Positions 47,969-56,314 of a stretch of DNA of 64,000 nt are shown here, piece after piece. Position 1 is the stretch's first letter. Every line of letters starts with the position of its first letter. Source of the stretch: Oceanispirochaeta sp. (GTDB taxonomy: Bacteria > Spirochaetota > Spirochaetia > DSM-2461). Location of the stretch: positions 192,001-256,000 of the forward strand of contig CAXXXD010000004.1 of NCBI GenBank assembly GCA_963663385.2, in the 5' to 3' direction. Both the position numbers and the translations under genes were made by a program. The notes beneath the pieces were generated by a model. It did no database searches, was not told the DNA's origin, and saw nothing but the letters and a program-made list of their open reading frames with translations.

Positions 47969-49306
47969 ATGAAGAAAATCAGAATGGTAGCTATAATCCT
48001 TTTTGTAGCTTTGATTTTTCCAGTTGCTGTGTCGGCGGGAGGCAGTGTTGATGTCGATGAATCGGCGGAAGTCAATATTGAATTCTGGCATGCTATGGGG
48101 GGTGACAGAATTGAGCTGATACAGGGAATTGTCGATCAGTTTATGAAAGAGAATCCCAATATCAAAGTGGATGTACAGTACTCCGGATCTTATAATGATA
48201 CGTTGAACAAAGTAAAATCGGCTTATAAAGCGGGAAATGCCCCAGATATCTTCCATTCTTATGAAATCGGTACTCTTGGATTGATTAACAGCGGGATTAT
48301 TTCTCCTCTTGATGAAATGGCTGCTAAATATGAACGTACAATCCCCTGGGATGATTTCTTTACCCCTGTGCAGAGTTATTACAAGTATAAAGGCGATCAC
48401 TATTCCATGCCGTTCAACTCTTCTACGCCTCTGATTTTCTATAACAAATCCTTTTTCGAGAAAGCCGGTCTGGATCCTGAAAATCCCCCGAAAACATACG
48501 GAGAAATCAGAGAAGCTGCTCTTGCCCTCAGGAAAGCCGGATTTGAGACTCCTATTACCTGGAATCTGCATTCATGGTATTTCGAAGAGATGATCTGTCT
48601 CCAGGATGAACCCTTTGTTAACGATAAAAACGGAAGAAGCGGTGAACTCCCCACAGAAGTTGTTTTCAACGGCAAACAGGGACAGACCGTACTCGACTGG
48701 TGGATCGGTCTGGAGAAAGAAGGACTGTTTCTTGACGTAGGTCCGGGCTGGTCAAACCATAGAGCAGCTTTCGGTTCCGGGGAAGCGGCGATTGTCATGT
48801 CTTCTTCATCAGATGTCAATACACTCACAGCTGCACTTGCGGAAAAAGGCTGGGAAATGGGAACCGGTTACATTCCAAGACCTGAAGGGGCCAAAGGCGG
48901 TGTTGCGATCGGTGGCGGTTCATTATGGATGACCAACAATCATACTCCGGAAGAAGAGCTGGCTGCGCTCAAGCTTATTACTTATATTTCTGAAGATGAG
49001 GCGCAGATGGCCTGGCACAAAGGTACCGGATATTTTCCTGTACGTAAAACAGCCATGGACAAGCTGAAGTCCGAAGGTTGGTTTGAAGAAAATCCCAACT
49101 ACCTGACTGCTTTCAATCAGCTGCTGGACAGTCCTGAATCATTGAATACGGCAGGAAGTCTTCTGGGTGTTTTTCCCGAAGTCAGAGAGCTGGTTCAGTC
49201 CGCTATTCAGGAAATGTATGCAGGCAAGCCTATCAAAGAAGCTCTCGATGAAGCTGCTGCTAAAGCAAATGCTTCAATAGCAGAGTGGAATGAAGTCATC
49301 CAGTAA
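47969..49306 (+). CDS. ABC substrate-binding protein, UgpB-like (glycerol-3-phosphate/glycerophosphodiester class)
   Basis: ATG 47969 after AAGGAG; 'IEFWHAMGG', 'SMPFNSSTPLIFYNK', 'IGGGSLW', 'WHKGTGYFPV'. Confidence 0.85.
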   Translation: MKKIRMVAIILFVALIFPVAVSAGGSVDVDESAEVNIEFWHAMGGDRIELIQGIVDQFMKENPNIKVDVQYSGSYNDTLNKVKSAYKAGNAPDIFHSYEIGTLGLINSGIISPLDEMAAKYERTIPWDDFFTPVQSYYKYKGDHYSMPFNSSTPLIFYNKSFFEKAGLDPENPPKTYGEIREAALALRKAGFETPITWNLHSWYFEEMICLQDEPFVNDKNGRSGELPTEVVFNGKQGQTVLDWWIGLEKEGLFLDVGPGWSNHRAAFGSGEAAIVMSSSSDVNTLTAALAEKGWEMGTGYIPRPEGAKGGVAIGGGSLWMTNNHTPEEELAALKLITYISEDEAQMAWHKGTGYFPVRKTAMDKLKSEGWFEENPNYLTAFNQLLDSPESLNTAGSLLGVFPEVRELVQSAIQEMYAGKPIKEALDEAAAKANASIAEWNEVIQ

Positions 49307-49330
49307 AAGTTAAAAAAAATGTACATTGGG

Positions 49331-49362
49331 GAGCCGTTCTTCTTTTGAAGAACGGCTCTTTT
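49331..49362 (+). terminator. Stem-loop after the SBP gene
   Basis: GAGCCGTTCTTC-tttt-GAAGAACGGCTC-TTTT. Confidence 0.7.
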
Positions 49363-49377
49363 GACAAGAGGTATTTT

Positions 49378-50247
49378 ATGAATCAATCAACCTTTAATAA
49401 CAGGTGGCTTCCCTATATCTTACTGGTACCGACTTTTCTGGTTCTCTGTATTTTTCTATTTTATCCGGCGATTGAGACTTTCAGACTGAGTTTATACAAA
49501 GTCCATCCCTGGTCAGGAGCCACAAAATTTGCAGGATTATACAATTTCTCCAAAGTTTTTCAGAATCCTGATTACCTGGACAGTTTTATTCTGTCCGCCG
49601 GTTTTGCCCTTGCTGTAATTTTCGGAGGGCTGTTTTTCAGTCTGCTTGTGGCTCTTCTGCTCAATATGAAATTGAAGGGAATACGTTTCTACCGTACCTT
49701 TCTGATCTGGCCGTATGCTTTATCTCCGGCTATAGCCGGTGCCCTGTTTAATTTTCTGTTCAATCCGGCCAATGGGGTTCTCTGTTATTTTACAGGTGCG
49801 CGAACCTGGCTGACCAGCGAAAAAACAGCTATTATTGTTGTGATTGTTGCGGCGGTCTGGAAAAATCTGGGATACAACATAATTTTCTATCTGACAGCGC
49901 TGCGGAATGTGCCTGGTGCGGCATTGGAATCGGCTTCGATCGATGGGGCAGGACCGGTTAAGAGGTTTTTATATATTACTTTCGCCTTTTTATCTCCTAC
50001 GACTTTTTTCCTCTTCGTAATGAACACGATTTACGCTTATTTCTCCTGTTTTGGTTTGATAGATGTATTGACTGAGGGAGGACCGTCCGGATCAACCGGG
50101 GTTCTCATCTACCATCTTTATAAAGATTTCTTCGTCCATTCGAAAATCGGATACGCAGCGGCCGAGAGTCTGGTTCTCTTCACTTTGGTTGTCGGGGTTA
50201 CAATCCTTCAATTCAAAACAACCGGCAAAAAAGTCCACTATCAATAA
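49378..50247 (+). CDS. ABC permease, UgpA-like
   Basis: 'LIWPYALSPAIAG', 'WKNLGYNI', EAA-loop 'ESASIDGAG', 'LSPTTFF'. Confidence 0.88.
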   Translation: MNQSTFNNRWLPYILLVPTFLVLCIFLFYPAIETFRLSLYKVHPWSGATKFAGLYNFSKVFQNPDYLDSFILSAGFALAVIFGGLFFSLLVALLLNMKLKGIRFYRTFLIWPYALSPAIAGALFNFLFNPANGVLCYFTGARTWLTSEKTAIIVVIVAAVWKNLGYNIIFYLTALRNVPGAALESASIDGAGPVKRFLYITFAFLSPTTFFLFVMNTIYAYFSCFGLIDVLTEGGPSGSTGVLIYHLYKDFFVHSKIGYAAAESLVLFTLVVGVTILQFKTTGKKVHYQ

Positions 50248-50264
50248 AAAAGGAGAGAAACCCT

Positions 50265-51089
50265 GTGAGTTATTCTAAAAAAAAGACCTTTGGCCTGCAC
50301 TTTCTGCTGGTTCTGTGTATTCTTATCATCAGCCTGCCCGTTATTCTGGCCCTGATCATCAGCACTCAGTCAGAAGCCCAGGTTATGTCCTATCCCCCGG
50401 GACTGATTCCCGGGACGAACATGATAAACAATTATACGACCGCATGGAATTCCGTTAATCTGGGACGAATGATATTCAATTCGACCTTCATTTCCTTCGG
50501 CGTTATTGCCGGGAAAGTATCGATGAGCCTTCTCGCCGCCTTTGCCTTCACTCATTTTGAGTTCAAAGGGAAAAACCTTCTTTTCGGTCTGATCCTCGTC
50601 ACACTCCTTCTGCCGGTACCGGTCAGGATTGTCGCCCTCTTCGATGTTATCAGGAGCATGGGGTGGATAAATACCTATGCGGGGCTGATGATACCCTTCT
50701 GGGCAAGCGCTACAAGTATATTTATTCTGATTCAGAGGTTTAGGGTTGTTCCTTCGGAGTTGATCGACGCATCGAAAATGGATGGCTGTCAGCCCATGCA
50801 GTATTTTTTCAAAGTACTGCTTCCTCTGACGAAAAGTACCATCGGAGCTCTTGTGGTAATCAATTTTATTTATATCTGGAATCAGTATCTCTGGCCTCTC
50901 ATGGCAACCAACAGTGATGATATGAGGGTTGTTCAGATTGGTATAAAAATGCTGATGAGCGCTGAATCCACCAATAACTGGGGAGTCATTATGGCCGGAG
51001 TTATTATAACCATGATCCCGCCGCTCCTCATTTTTATTATTATGCAGGAGAGTTTCATGGCAGGATTCGCTCTTGAGAGCGAAAAATAG
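50265..51089 (+). CDS. ABC permease, UgpE-like
   Basis: 'LPVPVRIV', 'ELIDASKMDG', 'WNQYLWPL'. Confidence 0.88.
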   Translation: MSYSKKKTFGLHFLLVLCILIISLPVILALIISTQSEAQVMSYPPGLIPGTNMINNYTTAWNSVNLGRMIFNSTFISFGVIAGKVSMSLLAAFAFTHFEFKGKNLLFGLILVTLLLPVPVRIVALFDVIRSMGWINTYAGLMIPFWASATSIFILIQRFRVVPSELIDASKMDGCQPMQYFFKVLLPLTKSTIGALVVINFIYIWNQYLWPLMATNSDDMRVVQIGIKMLMSAESTNNWGVIMAGVIITMIPPLLIFIIMQESFMAGFALESEK

Positions 51090-51225
51090 CTGAAGAGGAT
51101 AATTCTTCAGGCTTCTAGATCATGAGCTTCAAAATACTGAGACACGGCTTTTTTTCCTCCGGACAGAATCCAGATTCTTCCTGTGGGGGCTGTTTCCTCG
51201 GAAGAGGAGGGAGGTTGGAATACTT

Positions 51226-51927
51226 ATGCTGATAATCGGCCACAGGGGAGCAATGGACCTGGCTCCTGAAAATACACTTCTTTCGATTCGCACAGCTCTT
51301 GAATCGGGAGTTCATATGGTAGAGATAGATGTCGCATTGTGCCGTTCGGGAGAATTAATGCTGATGCATGATGATGAAGTCGATAGAACGACAGATGGTA
51401 ACGGCTGCATCGCAGATCTGTCTTACCACGAGTTAAGGGCTCTGAATGCTGGAGAGGGGGAAGCTATTCCGTCTCTTCAGGAAGTGATAGATCTGATAGA
51501 CGGAAGGTGTCCGTTGAATATTGAAATTAAAGGTAAAGGGTCTTCTGACGAATTAGCAAGAATCCTTCGACGGGAAATCAATGAAAAGGGGAGAGCGAAG
51601 GAGGATTTTATCGTTTCCTCCTTTGATCATTGCGAACTTAACAGATTTACAAAGCTCTATTCCGGAATAAGAATATCCCCCATCGTCTGCTGTCACCCCC
51701 TGTCTCTGGCAAACTTAGCCGAAGAGATCGGTGCCTGGTCTCTGAATATAAAACGGGAATTTGTCAGCCGTGAGATTGTTGAAGACGCTCATAAACGAGG
51801 GATTAAGGTTCTGGTTTTTACTGTAAATCATCCCTGTGAGTTGGATAAATTAAGAGATATTGGAGTGGATGGTGTCTTTACCAATAACCGGTACCGGCTC
51901 TTGGGTTTATCGCAGCTAACCGCATAA
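51226..51927 (+). CDS. Glycerophosphodiester phosphodiesterase (UgpQ/GlpQ-like, cytoplasmic)
   Basis: 'IIGHRGA', 'PENTL', 'VEIDV', 'MHDDEVDRTT', 'NIEIK', 'SSFD', 'VFTVN', 'GVDGVFTN'. Confidence 0.92.
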   Translation: MLIIGHRGAMDLAPENTLLSIRTALESGVHMVEIDVALCRSGELMLMHDDEVDRTTDGNGCIADLSYHELRALNAGEGEAIPSLQEVIDLIDGRCPLNIEIKGKGSSDELARILRREINEKGRAKEDFIVSSFDHCELNRFTKLYSGIRISPIVCCHPLSLANLAEEIGAWSLNIKREFVSREIVEDAHKRGIKVLVFTVNHPCELDKLRDIGVDGVFTNNRYRLLGLSQLTA

Positions 51928-51956
51928 GAATCACTCTGAATGGTAAGAAATAAAAG

Positions 51957-51996
51957 TTGACAAAATAATTGGTACAGTGTTAATGTACCAATTATG
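51957..51996 (+). promoter_or_regulatory. GRE-operon promoter with perfect 12-bp inverted repeat operator; probably leaderless
   Basis: TTGACA 51957-62; TAATGT 51981-86; ATAATTGGTACA-gtgttaa-TGTACCAATTAT (51965-95) overlaps the ATG at 51994; no Shine-Dalgarno. Confidence 0.8.
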
Positions 51997-52866
51997 AAGG
52001 TAATCCTTTTTCAGACAGGCTGGAACTACTCTCAGGACGGTCCCGGCAACAGGCTCCTCCTCCATTTTCAGGGATGCAACTTCGACTGCCCCTGGTGCAG
52101 CAACCCTGAAGGCCGGTCCCTCAAGGGGGAGCTGTTTGTCCGTCCGGATCTTCTGGATCCGGATGTCTGCCCCCATGGCGCGGTTATGGAGTCCGGTCTG
52201 AACCGCAGCCTCTGCAGGAACTGCCGGGACAGGGAATGCCTGGGGATTTACCGAAACCAGGGTGTGTATGCCTCCGCCAGGGAGTATGAGGTGGAAGAGC
52301 TGGTTGAAATGGCTGTGCAGTCCCGGTCCCTTTTTTTCGACGGGGGGGGCGTTACCATAAGCGGGGGGGAGGCCACCCTTCAGTTTGATGCGCTTAATCG
52401 GCTCCTGCAGAGGCTGAAGGAGGAAGGCATCCATACGGCCCTTGAAACTAACGGAAGTCACCCGGAGCTTTCCGCTCTTTTTCCGTATATTGATCTTCTC
52501 ATTTTTGATCTCAAGCATTATGACTTTCCGGCAGTCCATAAGGTACTGAAAAACCGGGGAGCCCATGTCAGGAAAAATCTGGAGAACATATGCCAATCCG
52601 ATCAGCCGGTTCTGGTCAGAGTTACGGTTATCCCCGGATTCAACAGTTCCTTTGAAGATATGGAAAAGTTTGCCGATCTTTTTTCCTCCCAGAGATGGAA
52701 AGACAATTTCAGACTGGAACTCCTCTATTATCACGATTTCGGAAAGGTGAAATGGGATGCCATCGGTCAGGAGTACAAAGGTCCGGATGAATCTGTTTCG
52801 GAAGAGGATAAGGCGGTATACCGCAGAATATTCAAAGAGAGGAATCTCGATCTGATAGAGACATAG
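51994..52866 (+). CDS. Glycyl-radical enzyme activating enzyme (radical SAM)
   Basis: 'QDGPGNR...FQGCNFDCPWCSNPEG', 'GGGVTISGGEA', 'HTALETNG', 'FDLKH', 'VIPGFN', 'YHDFGKVKW'. Confidence 0.93.
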   Translation: MKVILFQTGWNYSQDGPGNRLLLHFQGCNFDCPWCSNPEGRSLKGELFVRPDLLDPDVCPHGAVMESGLNRSLCRNCRDRECLGIYRNQGVYASAREYEVEELVEMAVQSRSLFFDGGGVTISGGEATLQFDALNRLLQRLKEEGIHTALETNGSHPELSALFPYIDLLIFDLKHYDFPAVHKVLKNRGAHVRKNLENICQSDQPVLVRVTVIPGFNSSFEDMEKFADLFSSQRWKDNFRLELLYYHDFGKVKWDAIGQEYKGPDESVSEEDKAVYRRIFKERNLDLIET

Positions 52867-52882
52867 AACAGGGAGACGAATC

Positions 52883-55270
52883 ATGAATTGGCAGGATGTC
52901 TATAAAAAGGGAGAAAGGGCGTCGGAGTTGGCGGATGCCTGTTTTCAGGAACAAAAGAGAACCCATATCCTGAACGGGTGGTTCAGGGTTCTGGAAATCC
53001 ATAAAGATGCCGCTCCGCACTTTCCGGAAGGTGCCTCACTGGAGACGCAGGCGGCCCTCAGGCTGAAAGCGGTTGTTGAAAATCTACCTCTGTCCATCAG
53101 TGACAGTGCTGTCTTTGCGGGAACCCAGAATGACGCCTTTTCGAGCAGTTATGCCCTGATTCATCCTTCCTTTAAAGTGGAGGAATTCAAGGGGTATTGT
53201 GATCCCCTGGCGGTCTTCAATGACCTGGGCCCCGAAGAGGGGATGACCTGTGAAAGGATTGATGCGGTTAAAGGGTACTACGCCCGGACGGATTATGTAA
53301 AAGAACTGAATGCTTCCTATGCTAACTGCCGGGAACAGACAGAAGAAGCCCTTTTCTTTGTAGAACAGGTAACCGGTCATCTGATACCCGATTTTTCACA
53401 GCTGATCAAACTGGGAACGGAGGGTGTAAAAAAACGGCTTTTTGAAAAGGAAGCGGAGGAGCTGTCGTCAGCAAAGAAAGACAGTCTTCGGGCTATGATC
53501 AGTTCTCTGGACTCGCTTGATACACTTGCCCGCCGCTACAGGGATATAGCCCGGCTGCATCTGGAAGGAGAGAGTGATCCGCAGAGGCGGAATGAGTGGG
53601 CCCTTATGGTTCAGACACTGGAGGGGGCCCCCCTGACCGGGGCAAAGACCCTCTACGAAGCCATACAGGTATTTATCCTCTGCTGGCAGGTGATGTGTCT
53701 GGAGCAGTGTCCCAATCCCTATGCTTTTTCCGCCGGGAATGTGGACCGCCTTTTCGAACCCTACCGGGCAGCGGATAAAGCGGACAGAGAGTCTTCCGCC
53801 GGGTTGTTCCAGGCTTTGCTGGCGTTTTTCAATGTGGGCGACCGCAGCTGGGCCATCTCCCAGAATCTGCTTCTAAGCGGCCGGGACGTTGCTGGAAAAG
53901 ATCTGACAAATCCTGCAAGCTATGCCATCCTGGATGCCTTTTACAAAGGGCGTTACCCTCAGCCTATTCTATCCATACGACTGCATAAGAACAGTCCGGA
54001 AGGGTTGTATCGTTCTACGGGCCGGTTTTTCTTTACCCCCGGGCAGCTGACGCCCTCCCTTTTTAACGACGATTCCCTGATCCCCCTGCTGGTGGAGCAG
54101 GGGGTCTCTCCCGATGATGTGGAAAACTACGCCATCGCTGGCTGTCAGGAACCCCTTATCGCCGGTAAGGATAACGGAAATACCACCAATAGCTGGCTTA
54201 ATCTGGCAAAGGTTCTTGAGATAACCCTGAATGAGGGACGTTCCTCCATTACAGGCCGGAAGTTAGGGGTGTCGCCCTCTGAACTGCTGGGGCAGGAACT
54301 TTCGGCAAAAGAGCTGCTTCTGAGAATCCGGGAGGTCTACTATAAACAGCTGGATGCCGCATTAGCCCTTATGACCGAGGCGGGAGATAGCTGTTCCCGG
54401 GCGCTTTCCAATCTGAGAGTGCCCTTCCTCTCCTGCTCCATGGGCGGTATGGAATCCGGGGTTGATCTGAGGAACGACAGAGAGCAGGGAACCCGTTACA
54501 ACGGCAGCGGCTGTCTGATACACGGCCTTTCTGTTCTGGCTGATTCCTTTCAGTCCCTCTCTGATTTTGCGGACAGTAAAAGTGAAGAAGAGTGCCGTCA
54601 TCTGCTGCAGGCTCTTAAGAGTGATTACAGGGATGATGAAGTCCTCCGGCAGTATCTTGCGAGCAGTCCCAAATTCGGAAACAATATTTCCTCTGTCGAC
54701 GGAGAGGCGGTAGAGATTGTTGCCCGTGTCTCCGATAGGGTAAGGGAGAAGAAGAACTACCTGGGCAATCCTTTCCGGCCGGACTGGAGCTCCCCCTCCA
54801 CCCATCTGCTCTACGGGTACTGGACCGGAGCCACTCCCGACGGCCGCCGGGCCCGTACCATGCTGGGATACGGGGTTGACCCCCTATACGGTGAGGCGGC
54901 AGCCGGTATGAATTCGCGGCTCCTTTCCCTTAAAAAACTGCCCTATGAAAAGATGAACGGGGGCTGTGCCTGTCACCTCGGAATCAATCCGGCCTGTTTC
55001 CCCGAGGAAACCCTTGAAGATAAAGGCGCGGCTTTCAGGGGGAAGGTTCTGGATCCTCTCTTTAACCTTTCCGGAGACGGCGGAAAGATAGGTCCCTTCT
55101 ATCTCTATGTAAATGTTACGACAGCCGGGACTCTGCGTAAGGTACTGGAGAAGCCGGAAAAATATGCTCCTTCGGGAGTTTATATTATGAGAATCCACGG
55201 GACTTTTGTGAATTTCCTGGATCTCTCCCCCTCTATTCAGGAGGATATTATCCTTCGTCTGGATAACTGA
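52883..55270 (+). CDS. Glycyl-radical enzyme (PFL-like superfamily), uncharacterised type
   Basis: 795 aa; Cys loop 'YAIAGCQEP', 'NLAKVLEITLNEG', 'PKFGNN', 'GATPDGRRA', C-terminal 'PEKY...IMRIHGTFVNFLDLSPSIQEDIILR'. Confidence 0.9.
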   Translation: MNWQDVYKKGERASELADACFQEQKRTHILNGWFRVLEIHKDAAPHFPEGASLETQAALRLKAVVENLPLSISDSAVFAGTQNDAFSSSYALIHPSFKVEEFKGYCDPLAVFNDLGPEEGMTCERIDAVKGYYARTDYVKELNASYANCREQTEEALFFVEQVTGHLIPDFSQLIKLGTEGVKKRLFEKEAEELSSAKKDSLRAMISSLDSLDTLARRYRDIARLHLEGESDPQRRNEWALMVQTLEGAPLTGAKTLYEAIQVFILCWQVMCLEQCPNPYAFSAGNVDRLFEPYRAADKADRESSAGLFQALLAFFNVGDRSWAISQNLLLSGRDVAGKDLTNPASYAILDAFYKGRYPQPILSIRLHKNSPEGLYRSTGRFFFTPGQLTPSLFNDDSLIPLLVEQGVSPDDVENYAIAGCQEPLIAGKDNGNTTNSWLNLAKVLEITLNEGRSSITGRKLGVSPSELLGQELSAKELLLRIREVYYKQLDAALALMTEAGDSCSRALSNLRVPFLSCSMGGMESGVDLRNDREQGTRYNGSGCLIHGLSVLADSFQSLSDFADSKSEEECRHLLQALKSDYRDDEVLRQYLASSPKFGNNISSVDGEAVEIVARVSDRVREKKNYLGNPFRPDWSSPSTHLLYGYWTGATPDGRRARTMLGYGVDPLYGEAAAGMNSRLLSLKKLPYEKMNGGCACHLGINPACFPEETLEDKGAAFRGKVLDPLFNLSGDGGKIGPFYLYVNVTTAGTLRKVLEKPEKYAPSGVYIMRIHGTFVNFLDLSPSIQEDIILRLDN

Positions 55271-55273
55271 GAT

Positions 55274-56314
55274 ATGGATAAAAATACGCTCTACCAGACA
55301 ATCCGGCTGGATTTTTTTAAAAAAGTCTACGCCGGAGAAATCCGGCCGCATCAGCCCCTGCCCGCCGAAAGAAAGCAGGCGGAAGAGCTCTCTGTCAGCC
55401 GGGGGACCATCCGTAAGGCCCGTCAGATCCTGGCCGAGGAGGGTTATATTGCCAATACCCAGGGAAGTGCCGCTGTCTATACGCCGCTTGCGAAGGGTCC
55501 ATCGGGAAAGCCGGAGATTGTGGCGGTGGTTGTTCCGGTGCATAACCCTTTTTTCATGTCCTACTACAGGGCATTCGAGAAAGAAGCGGAAGAGGCGGAT
55601 GTCCTGGTGATGATCAAGCAGCTGGACAGCCGAAATGCGGGTCAGCTCAAGAAGGTCCTGTTCTCCTTTTTTATAAAAGGGATACGGGATGTGGTGTTCT
55701 GGCCCTACGATACGGTCCTGGATTATCCGTATATAGAGCGGCTCAGCGGTCTGGGGATGAACTTCATATTCTTTGATAATGTTCATGATTTCCCCTGCTG
55801 CGACTATATCAGTGTGGATAACCGGGATGGGATTTCCCTTCTGTACAAATCCTTACAGGATAAGGGGTGCGGTCGTATAGCCTATATGGGGTGGGATAAT
55901 CCGCATCTCACCAGCAACTCAGAGCGGGAAGCTGCTTTCCGTCAGGAAAAATCCGAAGGGGACCGGGTTATCCGTATACCCTGGAATCAGGAAGATTTAA
56001 GCTTTGATCTGCTGGAAAGCGTTCTGAATCTGCCGGATCTAAGGGGAGAACGGAAAATCGACGGTTTCCTCTGCGGTAACGGACTGATCGGTGTGGTTTT
56101 AAAACGGTATCTGAATAATAACGGCTTTTCCGGTATCCCTTTGGTCTCCATTGATAATTTTGAAGAATCAGAAGATCTAGGATTTACCGTATACGAACAG
56201 CCCTTTGAAATGATGGGACGGAAAACCTTTCATCTTCTGGAAAAACGACACAGGGATGAGAAAGGGAACAGCCCGGAGAAACTTTATATAAAAGGCAGGT
56301 TGATTGAGAGATGA
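55274..56314 (+). CDS. GntR-HTH / LacI-type effector-domain regulator (AraR-like architecture)
   Basis: 'LPAERKQAEELSVSRGTIRKA..LAEEGYI'; C-terminal 'NPFF', 'ISVDNRDG', 'ERE', 'EQPFEMMG'. Confidence 0.88.
   Translation: MDKNTLYQTIRLDFFKKVYAGEIRPHQPLPAERKQAEELSVSRGTIRKARQILAEEGYIANTQGSAAVYTPLAKGPSGKPEIVAVVVPVHNPFFMSYYRAFEKEAEEADVLVMIKQLDSRNAGQLKKVLFSFFIKGIRDVVFWPYDTVLDYPYIERLSGLGMNFIFFDNVHDFPCCDYISVDNRDGISLLYKSLQDKGCGRIAYMGWDNPHLTSNSEREAAFRQEKSEGDRVIRIPWNQEDLSFDLLESVLNLPDLRGERKIDGFLCGNGLIGVVLKRYLNNNGFSGIPLVSIDNFEESEDLGFTVYEQPFEMMGRKTFHLLEKRHRDEKGNSPEKLYIKGRLIER

Noticed and set aside
52883..55270. Calling the GRE pyruvate formate-lyase or choline TMA-lyase, or part of a microcompartment locus
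   Set aside because: It has a single active-site Cys rather than PFL's Cys-Cys, an atypical Gly loop, and no shell or aldehyde dehydrogenase genes nearby.
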